Assembly: GCF_964204645.1 (NCBI RefSeq)
Contig: NC_134026.1
Span: forward strand, 14,418,150 to 14,482,149
DNA length: 64,000 bases
Direction of reading: 5' to 3'
Origin: Tubulanus polymorphus
Lineage: Eukaryota; Animalia; Nemertea
In this document: piece by piece, positions 48,792 to 62,568 of the stretch
Position numbering within the stretch: position 1 is the first letter of the stretch
How the letters are laid out: each line of letters opens with the position of its first letter
The notes under the pieces: generated by a model
Seen by the model: the letters and a program-made list of their open reading frames with translations, nothing else
What the model was told of the DNA's origin: nothing
Database searches by the model: none
Program-made: the position numbers and the translations under genes

Positions 48792-49549
48792 AATATTATA
48801 TGTACATGGGTACTGAAGATCTTTGTATATAGAAATCAAAAAATGTAATCTCGATTGTGCAAATTATGACGTAATGTGTGTTTGTTAGAATAAAGGGGTT
48901 TCTACATTCGTCGTTCGGTCATTGTTAATGGTGACGACTGTTCTGTATTGATTGGTTACAGTTCTGTGTTTGAATGTTGTAGTTTACAGAATAAATTATA
49001 TAATTGACGCATGCGCACTGAGGAAAAGTGGTCCTATAGGACTGCTTTTCCATTGTTCTCAATTATTCTATCTTCGATCGTTGTTGAAAGAAACGACTGT
49101 TCTGTTTTTTATTGGTTACAGTTCTATGTTTGAATGTTGCAGTTTTCAGAATAAATGTATAACTGTGTTTATGAAATAGTAATTCCACCCAGTGTTTTCG
49201 TTAAATTACTTCAGCTTCAGGATGTAATATCAAGAATCCGAAATGACTTATCTGGACAGTTATATTAACTGCTCCTAATAGATAGACAAAAGTAGTGAGA
49301 TATTCAATCCTAATTTTAATAAAAAAATATTTAAAAAACAATAACTTCAACTAGCTAGTGAATTCTATTATATTTTTAATATTTTCTTTTGCAATTCTAG
49401 TTAACACTAGATTGAATAGATTTTGAATAGATTCAAATAAAAATTACATATCTTCAACTATCTAATATTCTTAGTATTAACCTAGAGAGTTACTAGAATC
49501 ATTTTATAATACTTATAATATTTTTTTTCGATTTTTTTTGCTAAAATAA

Positions 49550-50344
49550 ATGTCAAAGAAAACGCGTAAAAGTAATATTAATATTGAAAAAACCTTAGAT
49601 GATTTGGGCATTACTGATAATAATGATACAGTTGTTTCTTATTGTATTCAAAATGATAATATTGATTATGAATACTATTTAACATGTAAGCACCATCTAG
49701 AATTACTAATTGCCGAAGGCAAATCTAAAGAGTTTTTAAATAGAATTATAACTTTTGAAGAATTAGATAATATGAAACCAGATAATGTATTCAAACATTT
49801 CAAAATATACGAAGAACCTAGATTAGCTAGAATAAATGACTCTATTAGTGATGGAAGAGTTAAATGTTACTCTAAATTATGTTACCGGGTAATACCAATT
49901 AATGATGAAAATAAACTATATACTGATTTAAAAAATGACTACTTAGGATGAATAATGACATTAATTTCTACTGGATTCATAACATTTTCCAATATCAAAC
50001 CTATAGTATGTAAAGATAAAAGTAAATCAGAAAAAATCGAAACAGATATTAAATCAGAACAAAAATTAACTAAAATAAATGAGTGATGATGTTAAGAAAA
50101 AGCCTAGATCTGGAAAACAAATTAAATGGGCGAAATGAGGGAATTAGGTAAAAGATCTTCTGAGTTAAAAAGAGCTAAGAGAAAGAAATTTAGTGATATA
50201 AATGAATCACAGAAATTATCTGATATTGATTCGAATGATAATCCATGTAATGCTTCTAATACTGGAAGAAATAATTACTTTTATATTACAATTGGGTTAA
50301 TCACAGTTATCATATTCCCTGGTGTAATATATAAATCTAAGTAG
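49550..50344 (+). pseudogene. Two hypothetical Polinton genes, homologues of 35994-36602 and 35697-36001
   Basis: ORFs 49550-49951 and 50126-50344. Confidence 0.65.
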
Positions 50345-50444
50345 AAATCTGATGATAATAATGATGAAGATTATACCAGAAAATAAATCAAATGATAAAA
50401 TCATTGATACTAAACCAAGATTATTATTAATGGATTAAAATAAG

Positions 50445-51529
50445 ATGAAAAACGAACAATATTTAAGAGATTTATATTATAACCCAGAGAGTGAAGTATC
50501 ATATTCTAGTGTCTCAGAATTATGGGATAAAATTAAATCTGATAAAGAAAATATAAAATATAGTGAATTAAAATTATGGTTACAAAATCCGCCCACATAT
50601 CAAATCCATAAGAGAATGGATAAAAATTATTTAACGAGGGAAGTTATGGTTTCATATATTGATCAACAATGGCAAGCAGATTTGATTGACATGAAGAACT
50701 TGGAGGAATTCAATAAAGGATATTTCTGGATATTAAATGATATAGATATATTCAGTAGATACGCATGGAGTATCCCAATCAAAAATAAAACTGGTATATA
50801 AGTAACAAATGCTTTTAAAAATATATTTAAAGAAGCTATTGCAGGTAAGATACAATTTGATGACAGTAAGGAATTTTATAAAAAACATTTTAAAAAATTA
50901 TTATCCGATAACGATGTAGAGTATTTTTCAACACACTCAGATAAAAAGCATCTATCATAGAAAGATTTAATAAAACATTGAAAACTAGAATGTGGAAATA
51001 TTTTACTGCAAATGAAATATATAAATATATCGATGAGTACATGAATATATTAGATGATTTAGTGAAAGGTTATAATAATTCTAAACATAGTTCTATAAAT
51101 ATGAAACCTATAAAAGCTAGAAAAGGAGATAATTCAGAAATAGTTTGGAATAATTTATATGGTGCATTTGTTACACATGATTTTGGAGAACCTAAATTTA
51201 AAATTGGACAACATGTTAGAATATATAAATATCGAAAAACAGTTTATAAAGGTTATACTCCAAATTTTACTGAAGAAATATTTAAAATAAGAAAAATAAT
51301 ATTAACTAAACCTTTTGTTTATAAATTAGAAGATTTAAAAGGTGAAGAAATATTAGGTTATTTTTATGAACAAGAATTATCACTTGTACCAAATCCAGAT
51401 GATATAGAATACAAAATAGAAAAAGTATTGAAAACAAAAACTCTTAAAAGAAAAAAGTATTCTTTAGTGAAATATAAAGGCTATGATGATAAATTTAATG
51501 GATTTTATCTAGTAAAATTAAAAGAATAA
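50445..51529 (+). pseudogene. int: Integrase-chromodomain, copy 2
   Basis: WQADLIDM and KTRMWKYFT; chromodomain; stop at 50801 plus a frameshift. Confidence 0.92.
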
Positions 51530-51783
51530 ATGAATAAAATTTAGTCATATTGGAACCACATAATATGTTAGTTACTGGAGTAACCAACTGTGGTAAAACA
51601 CATTTTGTATTAGATTTATTAGAAACTATTTATAAGAATCATTTTGATGATATAATATTATTCTGCCCTACTTATGAAATGAATAAAACACATAATAGGG
51701 ATATAGTTAAGATAAAAAGTTTATCATATTAAATCCTAAAACAGTAAAAGAAAATTTCCCTATGAATATAAATTTATAAAATA
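51530..51783 (+). pseudogene. Packaging ATPase, internally deleted
   Basis: GVTNCGKT retained; KTVKEN is joined directly to FPYEYKFIK. Confidence 0.85.
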
Positions 51784-52109
51784 AGGTATTTTAAGTATTT
51801 ATGTATTAGGTACGTATTACATACGTATAAGATACGTATTAGATACATTAATACCTAAAACCTCCCTTTTTATTAACTATTAATTTTTATTAAATATTTT
51901 ACATTTTCTACCAATATATTTCTAATTTTTCAACTAATATTTGAATAAGTTTGGAAATAAACTCAGTAAAAGGTATTTCGAATGATATGTATTAAATGCG
52001 TGTTAAATATGTAATAAATATGTTATTAGATACATTAATACCTAAAACCCCCTCTTTTAATCACTATTATTTTGTACAATTTTCAACCAATATATTTTAT
52101 TTACTAACT

Positions 52110-55100
52110 GAATCACTTTAATCATCAGACTCTATTTCGTCATCAGACTCGAACAATTTATTCAACATATCTACCGAAAAAACTTATCAGTATCACTACT
52201 TGTAAATATATTTTCTATTTTAGATTTCTTAGTGCCTTCATCATTATAATCAATATGTTTACCTGTAACTATATTTTCCTTGCCTTCTTTCTTAGTGTTT
52301 GACCCTAATATTTCATTTTCAATGTTTGATCCTAATATTTTATTAGCGTCAGTTAAATCTAATTCATCTTTACTAGGTGCCGTTAATAAAAAATCACGTA
52401 ATAAATCTTTATATAAATCTTTACCATTTTTTTTTTTATTTGAAACAAACTTTGTTACATATCTAAATGGGTGTTTTATAAATTCTCTTAAACCAACACG
52501 TTTTATAACATTAGTAATATGTAAGATTATTATAACCAATTATATTTCCCATTTTTAATATTAAATCATTTGATTTATCTAAATAATTTTGGTACCTGAC
52601 TATATTTTCTGGAATCGATCTATTTTTATCATTATGAATGGAATCTTCAAATAAAACTTGAAATTGTTATTGTGTATCACATGATGTATTTAAATTTCCA
52701 ATTATCGGGGATCTTGTTTCAACTTGTGCACCTAGAATACATATCAAATAAGTTCTAATTGATTGATTTATTCTTTGTATACCTGATTTTGTAAAACTTT
52801 CACTATTTTCTAAAATAAAATAAACCCAACCATTATTGTTCTCTGGTTTTAAATTATCATAAAATTTAGGTAATTTATGAAAATTTAATGTGTCTAAATC
52901 TATATTTTCTATTTTACCATAATCTATTTTATTATTATAGATATTATAAAAGCTATTAGATGGTATGGGAAGTGCCAGCATTCTGCAATCTTTTTAGGGC
53001 AAGGAAGTGATCTAAGTGTTCCATTTTTTTTTTCTAAAAATCAGAATTATTTTTATTTATATTAAATTCATTTCAAATTTTATAAAACTTTGATAAATTA
53101 ATATTATTGTCTAATTCTTTGAAATATCTAGATCCTGGTAAAGGGGTCTCTAATTCATTTAATATTAATCCTATTTGAAAATAAGTATGGAATCTGCATT
53201 AACTTTGAATTAATTTATATTTAGAATTATTTAAATGATCATTCCAATTTATTCTACACCCTGTTGTTGCACAATAAACTGCAAAATTTAATTGGTTCTG
53301 CCAATATTTCATATTAGATTTTAATAACCATTGTTTTTCATCTTTCAATTTTTTAAAATTTATCAAATATATATGAAATATATTTTCCATCTTTGCATTA
53401 TTAGTTTCAGTGACATAAATATCTAAATCAATTAATGAATTTAAAACTTCATTTCCATATGAAATATCTTTATTGAAATCTATTGCTGGAATGTAATATT
53501 TAATTGATTTTTTATATTGAAAAGCGTTTGAGAAACTATCTACCATTTATATAATAAGAAAATTAATAATTAATTAATTCTTTTAATAATTTATCGTGTT
53601 CTTCAACTGTTATATTACCATTTAAACTTATTATATAATCTAATGTATTTTTCAATTTATTAATCTCTTTTATTTTAGATTATATTTTTTCTTTATTACT
53701 TTTTATATTTAATTTTGAACTTATTCCGGTTAAAACACTTGAACTTAATCCTAACACACCAATTGATATAGCTAAAGGAGTTAATGGACTAAATATTGCT
53801 AAAAATGTTATTACAGAACTTATTGTAACTGAACCACTAATAATAAAATAATATATAACTCTAGATTTTAAATATTTTTTCTTTTTAACTTTTGAAATCA
53901 TTTTCAAATTCTGATATTTTATTTTCCAAATATAATTTTAATAGTTTTATTTATATCATGAGGAATAATATTAACACCATCAACTTTATCATCCATTTAT
54001 TTAGCAAAAAAATTACTAATTAGTAAATTTATATGCTGCAAATATAACAATAACTGTTCCACCTAAAATCCAAATTATTTCATATTTCTTCTGTTCACTA
54101 CTTGGGGTATAATAATCTGATAATTTAGGTTTATATAGATGTAATTTTTCTTTATTTGTTACTGCGTTATATAAACTCATTGCATCATCAACTGATTGAA
54201 AATCTCTATGTGAAATTTTCTGATCATATAATTCTTTATTGAAGTTATCCATAAAGTTTTGTCTCTTTTCTCTATATTCTTCTGCTGCTTTATTGTATTT
54301 TTCTAATGCTAAGTTATGTCTTCTTTGTTCTCCTAATGAACTATTGTTATCAATATGCTTGAATAAATAACCACCACCAGTAAATGCTAAAGTGTTAACA
54401 ATTGCCGATCCTATAATAGTTATAACTGCAGATGCCATTTATTTAGTAAAAAAATTATGCATTTATATATGAGGAATATATTTTTGTTTTTCCAAATAAT
54501 CAACTGTTAAATTAGATTAAGTAACTGCTAACGTTAAATTTAGAATATCATTTATATCAAATCTATCAACATTAATACTTCCCATTTTAAATTGTTTTTT
54601 TTAACCATTGTATAACCAACAGTTCCAACTGATAGTAATGCTCCATTATATAAACCAGTTATTATCCACTTATTATCACTCATTTATTAATCAAAAAAAT
54701 ACTTCAAAATCTTCAAAATATTTAGTTAACTTAGTTATAATTATTTCAACATTTATTTCATTACTACTTTTATGATTATCCTATATTTCAGTTATTATTT
54801 TTCTAATATCATCAATAATGAAATCTTCATCTTATTCATAAAATCTTAAAGACTCTTTAATTAAATCAGTAATCTTTTCTACATTAAAAGTTTCTTTATT
54901 TATTGTTGTTACATAATCAAATGTTGTTTCATTAGTAAATACAATATTTTTGATATGTGTTATTACATCATTAATATCAAATTTCATTTCTTTCCCACGT
55001 TTAAAATCAAATCCAAAACATATGCTCGGTCCAACAGTTATATTCATTTATATAGTGAAAAATTACTCGTTACATCTTATAACTAAATCATAAATTACTG

Positions 55101-55680
55101 GAAAATTATTTTAATAAATTAAGTATCCATTATGATTTCTAATTTCTAATCTAAAATTATTAAATTTTGGAATACATGGTTTGAAATCACATTCAGTTAA
55201 ATTATAATTTATTTGAGTTCCAAATTGTTTGACATTTTTTAATGGTAAAATATTTTATAAACCAGAATTACAAATTGTTTCTTTAGTTGCTTCGAAGTTT
55301 TTTGTAGGATCAATTAAATTGCAATAAATATAGAAGTGTGTAAAAGGTATTATATTTGGCGTAGTATCAACATTTGAATAAACTTTATTTGGATTGACTC
55401 CTAGCATTTTAGCTAATGGTTTTCTTACTATGAATTTATATTGTTCATTAGTTAACTTTATTATTATTTTATTAGAACTATCAATTTTATTAAATTTAAT
55501 GTTAAACCCAACAGATTCACCCACTTTTGACCGAGCTCTCCTTTAAATTCTTAAGATAATGTTTCTAAATTATATAATCCAGGTCTTAGAAATAGATGAT
55601 ACCATTTATTCGTATTTCTATAACGAATCATTAACAATCAATGATCCAAACTTTTACCCGATACATTATAAAAAGAATTA
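52110..55680 (-). pseudogene. Structural and membrane gene block of copy 2 (penton through zinc-finger ORF remnants)
   Basis: ORFs 55255-55524 (penton), 54832-55047, 53680-53907, 53199-53546, 52667-52981 and 52171-52539 match copy 1 genes in the same order. Confidence 0.8.
54016..54438 (-). CDS. Intact 140-aa Polinton membrane protein
   Basis: MASAVITIIGSAIVNTLAFTGGGYLFK..EQRRHNLALEK..IIWILGGTVIVIFAAYKF; hydrophobic segments at both ends. Confidence 0.75.
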   Translation of the reverse strand: MASAVITIIGSAIVNTLAFTGGGYLFKHIDNNSSLGEQRRHNLALEKYNKAAEEYREKRQNFMDNFNKELYDQKISHRDFQSVDDAMSLYNAVTNKEKLHLYKPKLSDYYTPSSEQKKYEIIWILGGTVIVIFAAYKFTN

Positions 55681-55689
55681 CATAAACTT

Positions 55690-58094
55690 AATTCCAAATA
55701 TTCATTGTTCTATTATATACTTCATCTTTAACATATTCATTTTTTAATCATCATAGAATTGTTCTTTTAATAATTCAGTTATATTGAACTCATTATGTGA
55801 TTTATAAAATGAATATGGAATTGCGCCTTCACATCTCATCAATTGAAAATCATCATTATTTGGATAGTGTTGTTTTAATATTTTTAATTCATCATCAACT
55901 AATGATTTTGATAAATTATCTAATAAACTGCTTAAAAATCTATATGAGTCTATAAATCTTAGACATCCAAATTGGAAAGATATATAATTCTCAGATGTTT
56001 TAGCTAACATTTTAAATTTATAAGTTGGTATTTTATCTTTTGATCTATTTGAAATTAATCTTTCTATTTCATTATTGATTTTTTCTATTTTATGACATAA
56101 CTGTTTGATAAATAAATTAGCATTATACCCTGATAGATTATGAAATATAACTGGAACAAAATTGATTTTCTTAGCTTGTAAGTTACAATTCTCATGGGCT
56201 GCACCTCTAAACTTTCCATTCAAATGATTATGATCTCTAACTTTTTTATCTTTTAGATTAAATGGCTTTCACAATAAAAACATATATCGGCAAACTCAAA
56301 TTCTTCTTTATCTTCTGTCATGATTATTTCTATATTTTTATCTAATAGTTTACTAAATTTGATTTCATACTCAATTAACAAATCACAAAAATGATTGATA
56401 ACATTTTCATTTCTATAATTATAATATTCACTTTTAATTAGTTCTGGATAATCAGATTTTATATATAATACAAAAGCTGCAGCTGATTGATGAATCTTTT
56501 TAATAGTATTTGTTATTAGAGGATCTGAACAATCAATTACATCATTTAATTAGAATGTAATTTCTTTCTTTTACAATATATTTCTTTTCTATCTTGATCA
56601 GTTAGTTCTTTGTTTAGTGATTCAAAATCTCCATATATTACAAATGGTACTTTATTTTTGTAATCATATTTCTTAAATTTTAATATCTTATCCTTTTCAT
56701 TTGGTAAAACTATTTTACAATAATCATGATTATCACATAATTGTTTATGATTTGATAATGCACTTTCAGTTCTGAATTTATGTAAACATTTTCTACATAG
56801 ATATATTTTATTATCGAAATCATTTTCTGATTTGAAAAATAAATCAATTCTTTTAATCCACATATAATGATTTTCATAATATAATTTATCTATAACACCA
56901 TTTGAATCATAATCTTTTGATAAATACAAAGGTTCTAATGTATAATGTTTAATATTATTACCTTTTGTTTTTGGTAATTTGATTAAATCAAATACATTTA
57001 TTTTTAAATTATTATCTCTTTCTATTTTTGGGATATTTTTATTTCTAACAGGATAATTATCTATCTTATAATTATTTTCAAATTGTTTATAATTTGTTAA
57101 TCTAAAACTATGTGTAATATCTTCTGTTGGATGTAAGCAACTTATAATTGTCCATAGAAAACATTTATCATCAGAATTCTGTACATTTATAACATCAGAA
57201 GTTTTAAATGGTAGTTTAATAAAACTTGATCCATTTATATTATCATCTTTATAATATGATATTATATTAATACTTTCATTTATTGGTTTTGATTTAGTTA
57301 TATTATTTATTATATTTTGTGTTATAAACATGTAAAGTCATAAATATTATTTCATCAAATATTAAACCCGATCCTTCAAAATATTTCTCTCCTATTTATT
57401 TTTTATTTCATTATAACATTTATCTAATCTATCATCTATATGTTGTTTTGAAATAATATGTTGTGAATGAGAATTTATATTATATATTGGTTTATCTTCC
57501 GATTTTATAAACTTAACTTTAGCAGATATGCTTATTTTAGGGTATTCAACATCAGTAATTATTTTTATAATATTTTTGATATTTACTAAATGTTTTTTTA
57601 TTTTCTTCTAATGTTTTACCTTTATGAAATTTAAACTCGATTGCTGCTGGACCAATATCACTTTTAAATGCTTCAGTTATATCTATTTCTTTTTTATTAT
57701 CTTATGAATTAATATAATTTCTAACACCTTCCATGTATGGTCTTTTATTGTTTAATTTATCTTTTATTCTTTTAATTGTCTTCTGTTTCTTATCATTATC
57801 ATTATCAAAATAACCTTCACCTAAAATATCATTATTCATATTTCTAATATCACTTTTAGATTTTAAATGTTCTTTATAATATCTTTTATCACTGAATGAT
57901 TGATCACATGTATAACATTTGTATGTTTCTTTTTCATTCTTCAATTCCTCTAATTTATTTTCTAATATATCATCTTTATATTCTAAGTTTAATTTATTTT
58001 CTAAATGTGTTCTAGTTTTATTATGTCTTGCTTTTTTAGATTTATCTATATTGATTTTACATGTTGAACAGTAGTACTTCTTATTTTCTTCCAT
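55690..58094 (-). pseudogene. polB: pPolB N-terminal two-thirds, copy 2
   Basis: ORFs 57702-58094, 56546-57331 and 55744-56223; polymerase domain deleted. Confidence 0.92.
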
Positions 58095-58260
58095 TTTAAT
58101 ATCAAATTTTCTAATAAAATTGATTTTAGAAGTTATTTATATTCATATATATGAATATTATATGAGTAATAGGGAATAAGTTGTTTCATATCAAAGGTTG
58201 AAGGGTCGGAAAATAAATTCGAAGTGTGCGAGAATTTATTTTTCGACCCTTCGACCTTCG

Positions 58261-59019
58261 AATATATGCCGATAATTAAGAAGAATAGTGATTAAATCGT
58301 ACGTTCATCCAGGCACCGTCATCAACAGTTAAATCTGAACGAAGATCACAGGTTACCGAATCGTGTGCATATAAAATGATTCCATTTGCGGGCGAATATT
58401 ATAGGACAGAATAACCATTTATTTTATATTCATCGATACCGGAGGAGAGATTACCACCTTCACAAATAGCAATGATTTTATATTGATTAATCGCAGGAAT
58501 GGATTTTAAATAAGAAAAGCGTTTACCATCATCCGCGGAAAGACTATATTGATATTGGAAACTAATATAGTTGGTGCCGACTGACTTGGCCTGGGATTAG
58601 GATGCACATCGCCACTCAACTAAGTTAGTAACCTACTTAAAGGAAAGGAGTAGACAAAAACATCCACTACCAATGAGTAGCAGCAACGTCATTGCGGCTC
58701 CAAGGGTTATATATAAACTGTGGAAATTTAGTGTGTTTTTTGTTCAACAACAGAAATCGGGCCCATGCCAGAATCACGGTGCACATAACTAGTACAGGAT
58801 AGGTACAGGGAATTAAATAGTTCAATCATCATAGAGGGGCTGCAAAATGATAAGAGTAGTGTAAGACAAAGGAATAATAGCACCCATTTAAACTCAGGTA
58901 AATCAATACGGTAGTACGGATCAGTACAGGCCGCATGTTGCGGGGTCGCAGAGTAATTGGGACGTGGCAAAAAGAAACCGGTTCTTATCCGGTGTGATAA
59001 AAAGTTATTAGGCATTATC
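58261..59019 (-). mobile_element. LINE B 5' part: hydrophobic leader, 2A-like peptide and APE N-terminus
   Basis: LSGDVHPNP(R)P at 58587-58619, then ILVSNI..SL, IIAICE, YKINGY, GIILY and LIIGIY, continuing into 46690. Confidence 0.75.
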
Positions 59020-60996
59020 AGTAATTGGAAAATGTGGGTTTCATACCAGAGGGCGAGAGGGCGTCACATCACTCATCACCACAAGTAATTTTTTCCCCTC
59101 ACTCATCAGCACAAGTAATTTTTCTCCCTAATATATGGGGAACAGTGAACACCAAACAGAAAAAAATGATGTTAATGAAAATCAATATTATTGTCCATAT
59201 TGTAAAAAATACATTGATAAATACATCTTTTGATAAATACAAAGGTTCTTATGTATAATGTTTAATATTATCATCCTTTGTATTTGGTAATTCAATCAAA
59301 TCGAATGCATTTATTTTTACACTATTATTTCTTTCTATTCTTGGAATATTTTTAATTCAAACAGGATAACTGTCTATCTTATAATTATTTTCAAATGGTA
59401 TATAATTTGTTAATTTAAAACTATGTGTATCTTCTGTTGGATGTAAGCAACTAATTATTGACCATAAAAAACATTTATCATCTTCATTTTGTACATTTGT
59501 AACAGCATTAGTTTTGAATGGTAATTTGGTATAACTTGATGCATTTATATTATCATCTTTACAAAACGATAAATTATTTTCATCAATTGATTGATTTTGA
59601 TTCAGTCAATTTATTATATTTTTTATTGTACACATGTAGCGTCATAAATATCATTTCACCAAATATTAAACCAGATCCTTCAAAATATTTCTCTTCTATT
59701 TTACTTTTTATTTCATCATTACATTTATTTAATCTATCATCTATATGTTGTTTTGAAATAATATGTTGTGAATTAGAATTTATATTATATATTGGTTTAT
59801 CTTCAGATTTTTTAAATCTAACTTTAGCAGATATACTAATTTTAGGATATTCTACGTCTGTCATTTTTCTTATTATATTTTTCATATTTTCATTTTATAA
59901 ATATTTTTTTCTTCTAAGGTTTTACCTTTATGAAATTTAAACTCGATAGCAGCTGGTCTAATATCACCTTTAAATGCTTCGGTTATTTCAATATCTTATT
60001 TATTATCTAATGAATTAATATAATTTATAATATCTTCCATGTATGGTCTTCTAATGTTTAATTTATTTTTTATTCTTTAAATCGTGCTTTGTTACTTATC
60101 AATATCTTTATCAAAATCTTCACCTAAAATATCATTATTGATATTTCTAATATGATTGTTAGATTTTAAATGTTGTTCATGATATATTTTGTTACTGAAT
60201 GATTGATTACATGTATCACATTTATATATTTCTATTTCATTCTTTAATTCTTCTAATTTAGTTTCTAATATTTCATCTTTATATTCTAATTTCAATTTAT
60301 TTTCTAAGTGAGATTTAGTGTCATTATGTCTTGCTTTTTGAGATTTATCTATATTGATTTTACATGTTGGACAGTAGTACTTCTTATTTGCTTCCATTTC
60401 AATATCAAATCTTTTATTAAAATTGATTTTATATTATTTGAGATCTATATCATGACATCCTTTTTCATTCTTACCTTTATATATGAAATAGAAATCTCCT
60501 GAATATAATTCTTCAATATATTCACTAGATAATCTATGAAATCTATCTGGTAAATATGTTCTGAATTTATATTTATTCCCTTTTAATCCTTCATATCCTA
60601 AGTGAATAACTAATTTATTACCATATCTATTAGTAATTGTTTCAATATTTGTAATTAAATATTTCTTATGTAATGTTAATTCTGTTAACTTTTTGGATTT
60701 ATAATTTACAGATTTGATTTTGTAGTATCTTTAATTCTAGCTAGGTATTCACTGTGTATTTGATTACTCTCCATTTATTATACATATTTTATTAAAATTG
60801 ATTTCATCAATATAATATTCATTCGTATATATGAAATTATTGGAGTAATAGGGTAAGTGTTGTTTCATATCAGAGGTTGAAAGGTTGAGTCAGTGAAAAA
60901 TAAAAAATAAATTCGAGCGTGTGAGAATTTATTTTTCATTTTTTTATGAGCTCGACCTTTCGACCTCTGGTATGAAACAACACTTACCCTATTACC
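59020..60996 (-). mobile_element. Polinton copy 4: 2-kb mini/chimeric element
   Basis: Complete hairpin terminus at 60844-60996, small ORF and PolB N-terminus (59220-60397); terminus-like AGTAATTGG..TTTCATACCAGAGG at 59020; flanks ATTATC/ATTATA give a 5/6 TSD match. Confidence 0.8.
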
Positions 60997-61329
60997 ATTA
61001 TAGAACGATAAACACACTCAAACGGGGTGAACGGATTATAGGATAAAAACCAACTATCTACAAATAAAAAAGAATTTTACCATCAAGATATTTGTTTATT
61101 CGAGCAATCTAAAATATATAAAATACACGACGTTTCGAGGGTGAGATCGAAACGTCGGGTACGATTAGTTCATGCAACTCCCAACGCAACTATGAACGCA
61201 CCGAACAAAGTACATCAACAATTTTTACGTTGTAGCCCTTGTTGATCCACATATCCAGAATATTTGGCGGCTCCTTCAAAATAGTCGCATGTTATAAACT
61301 GATAAGAATTATTTGGTGAAATCTTTGAC

Positions 61330-61432
61330 CGAAATTTCCCCACTTCTGCTTGAACTTATAACCAGTCCCGGTGAACTAATCCTGGTTGGTGACTTGAATT
61401 TCCATCTCGATGTTCCAGATAAACCGGACACA
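61330..61432 (+). mobile_element. L2-type APE fragment
   Basis: Reads LLELITSPGELILVGDLNFHLDVPDKP. Confidence 0.5.
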
Positions 61433-62074
61433 ATGGTTCGGAAAAATTGAATTCAATATGGTTCTTGGCCCGGCAAAGTTTGCTTTTGAAATATCCTTTT
61501 GATTAGGCCTAGTTACACATTTTAAAAGCAAATGACATTTTGCATCAGACTAAAAGCGGCTTTGTTGAGGAAAAGATTCGTTTGAGTCGTAAAATTTATA
61601 GCCTAGAACCAATTTCTTCGTCAAAGCGTGATGCACAAATTTGAATAGGCCTAAATAATAGAATAATCTTTCTTAGGTTTCATGATATAGATGCAGCATT
61701 AACTTAGATTAATGCTTATCTTTTACAATTAGGCTTATGTTTCAAAGGAAAACGCCAACAGTTGGTCGAACAGGGGTTAGGCATTGATGATAGGTAGAGG
61801 GGCTGTGTGTGTGCTGAAACGGAGATAAAAATGCACGGGAACGAGTTTGTCGAGTGGAGCTTATTATTCCATCAGGGATAGTGTACTATGGTCATGTTAT
61901 ATATCAAAATGTTCCTTATTAGTTCCGCTGCATTGCATCGCTAAAACAAATTGAGATAGGTTTCCCTGTTTTTTTTTACATATTACATCACTTACAACGA
62001 TAAACGTCCGTCGCCGACTTAAAAATTCGGAATGACGAAAACTTCCGCATTGAGAGCGCCACCGCACCAATTCA

Positions 62075-62568
62075 AATATAGTTGCAAAGCAGCGATAACG
62101 GGTTTTCTGGATGCATGTGATCGAAAGGAAAAATTAATTACCGGGTATTCGATGGAAAAAATAAAATGAGATGATTTGGATATTATCGGAGCAATCCTCT
62201 TTTTGGTTGAATGGTCTAACCCCAGTATAGTCCCCGTGATTTGGAAATTCTCGGAGCCCTCCTTTATTTACTTACTAAATGACGTCACAAACTGTTATTT
62301 CGCCAGTGCTTGTTGTCTAACAATTCAATTCAATTCTTTATTTACAGTAACGTAATAAGTAATTTTAAGTTTCAAATACATTCAGACAATCTGTTGGTTG
62401 AGAGAGACCGTTATTACAGTATCAATTTATACATTTCGTTTCGAAGCTGTCAGTTGCCGAATCTGAACGAAGATGAATTTTATTTGACGAAATCGGCGGA
62501 AAATATATAATAATAATAATCAACAGAATTTCAAGAGGGCTTTCGACGAAAGTCAGAAAACCCTAATT
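62075..62568 (-). mobile_element. Short Helentron-type element with both ends
   Basis: Reverse-strand 5' TTAGGGTTTTCTG..GAAAGCCCT and 3' CAGAAAACCCGTTATCGCTGCTTTGCAACTATATT. Confidence 0.65.

Larger units (their letters stand above)
46691..58258 (-). mobile_element. Polinton copy 2: inverted, internally deleted, distinct subfamily
   Basis: Hairpin termini at 46691-46812 and 58165-58258 (outer arm cut); left TSD GATAAT with a partial AAT at 58261; gene order collinear with copy 1; MCP, the 30364-type gene and the PolB C-half are missing; splits LINE B at GIY|YRSP. Confidence 0.93.

Noticed and set aside
61127-61160. CGACGTTTCG..CGAAACGTCG hairpin suggesting a Penelope hammerhead ribozyme
   Set aside because: No CTGANGA core in the required position.
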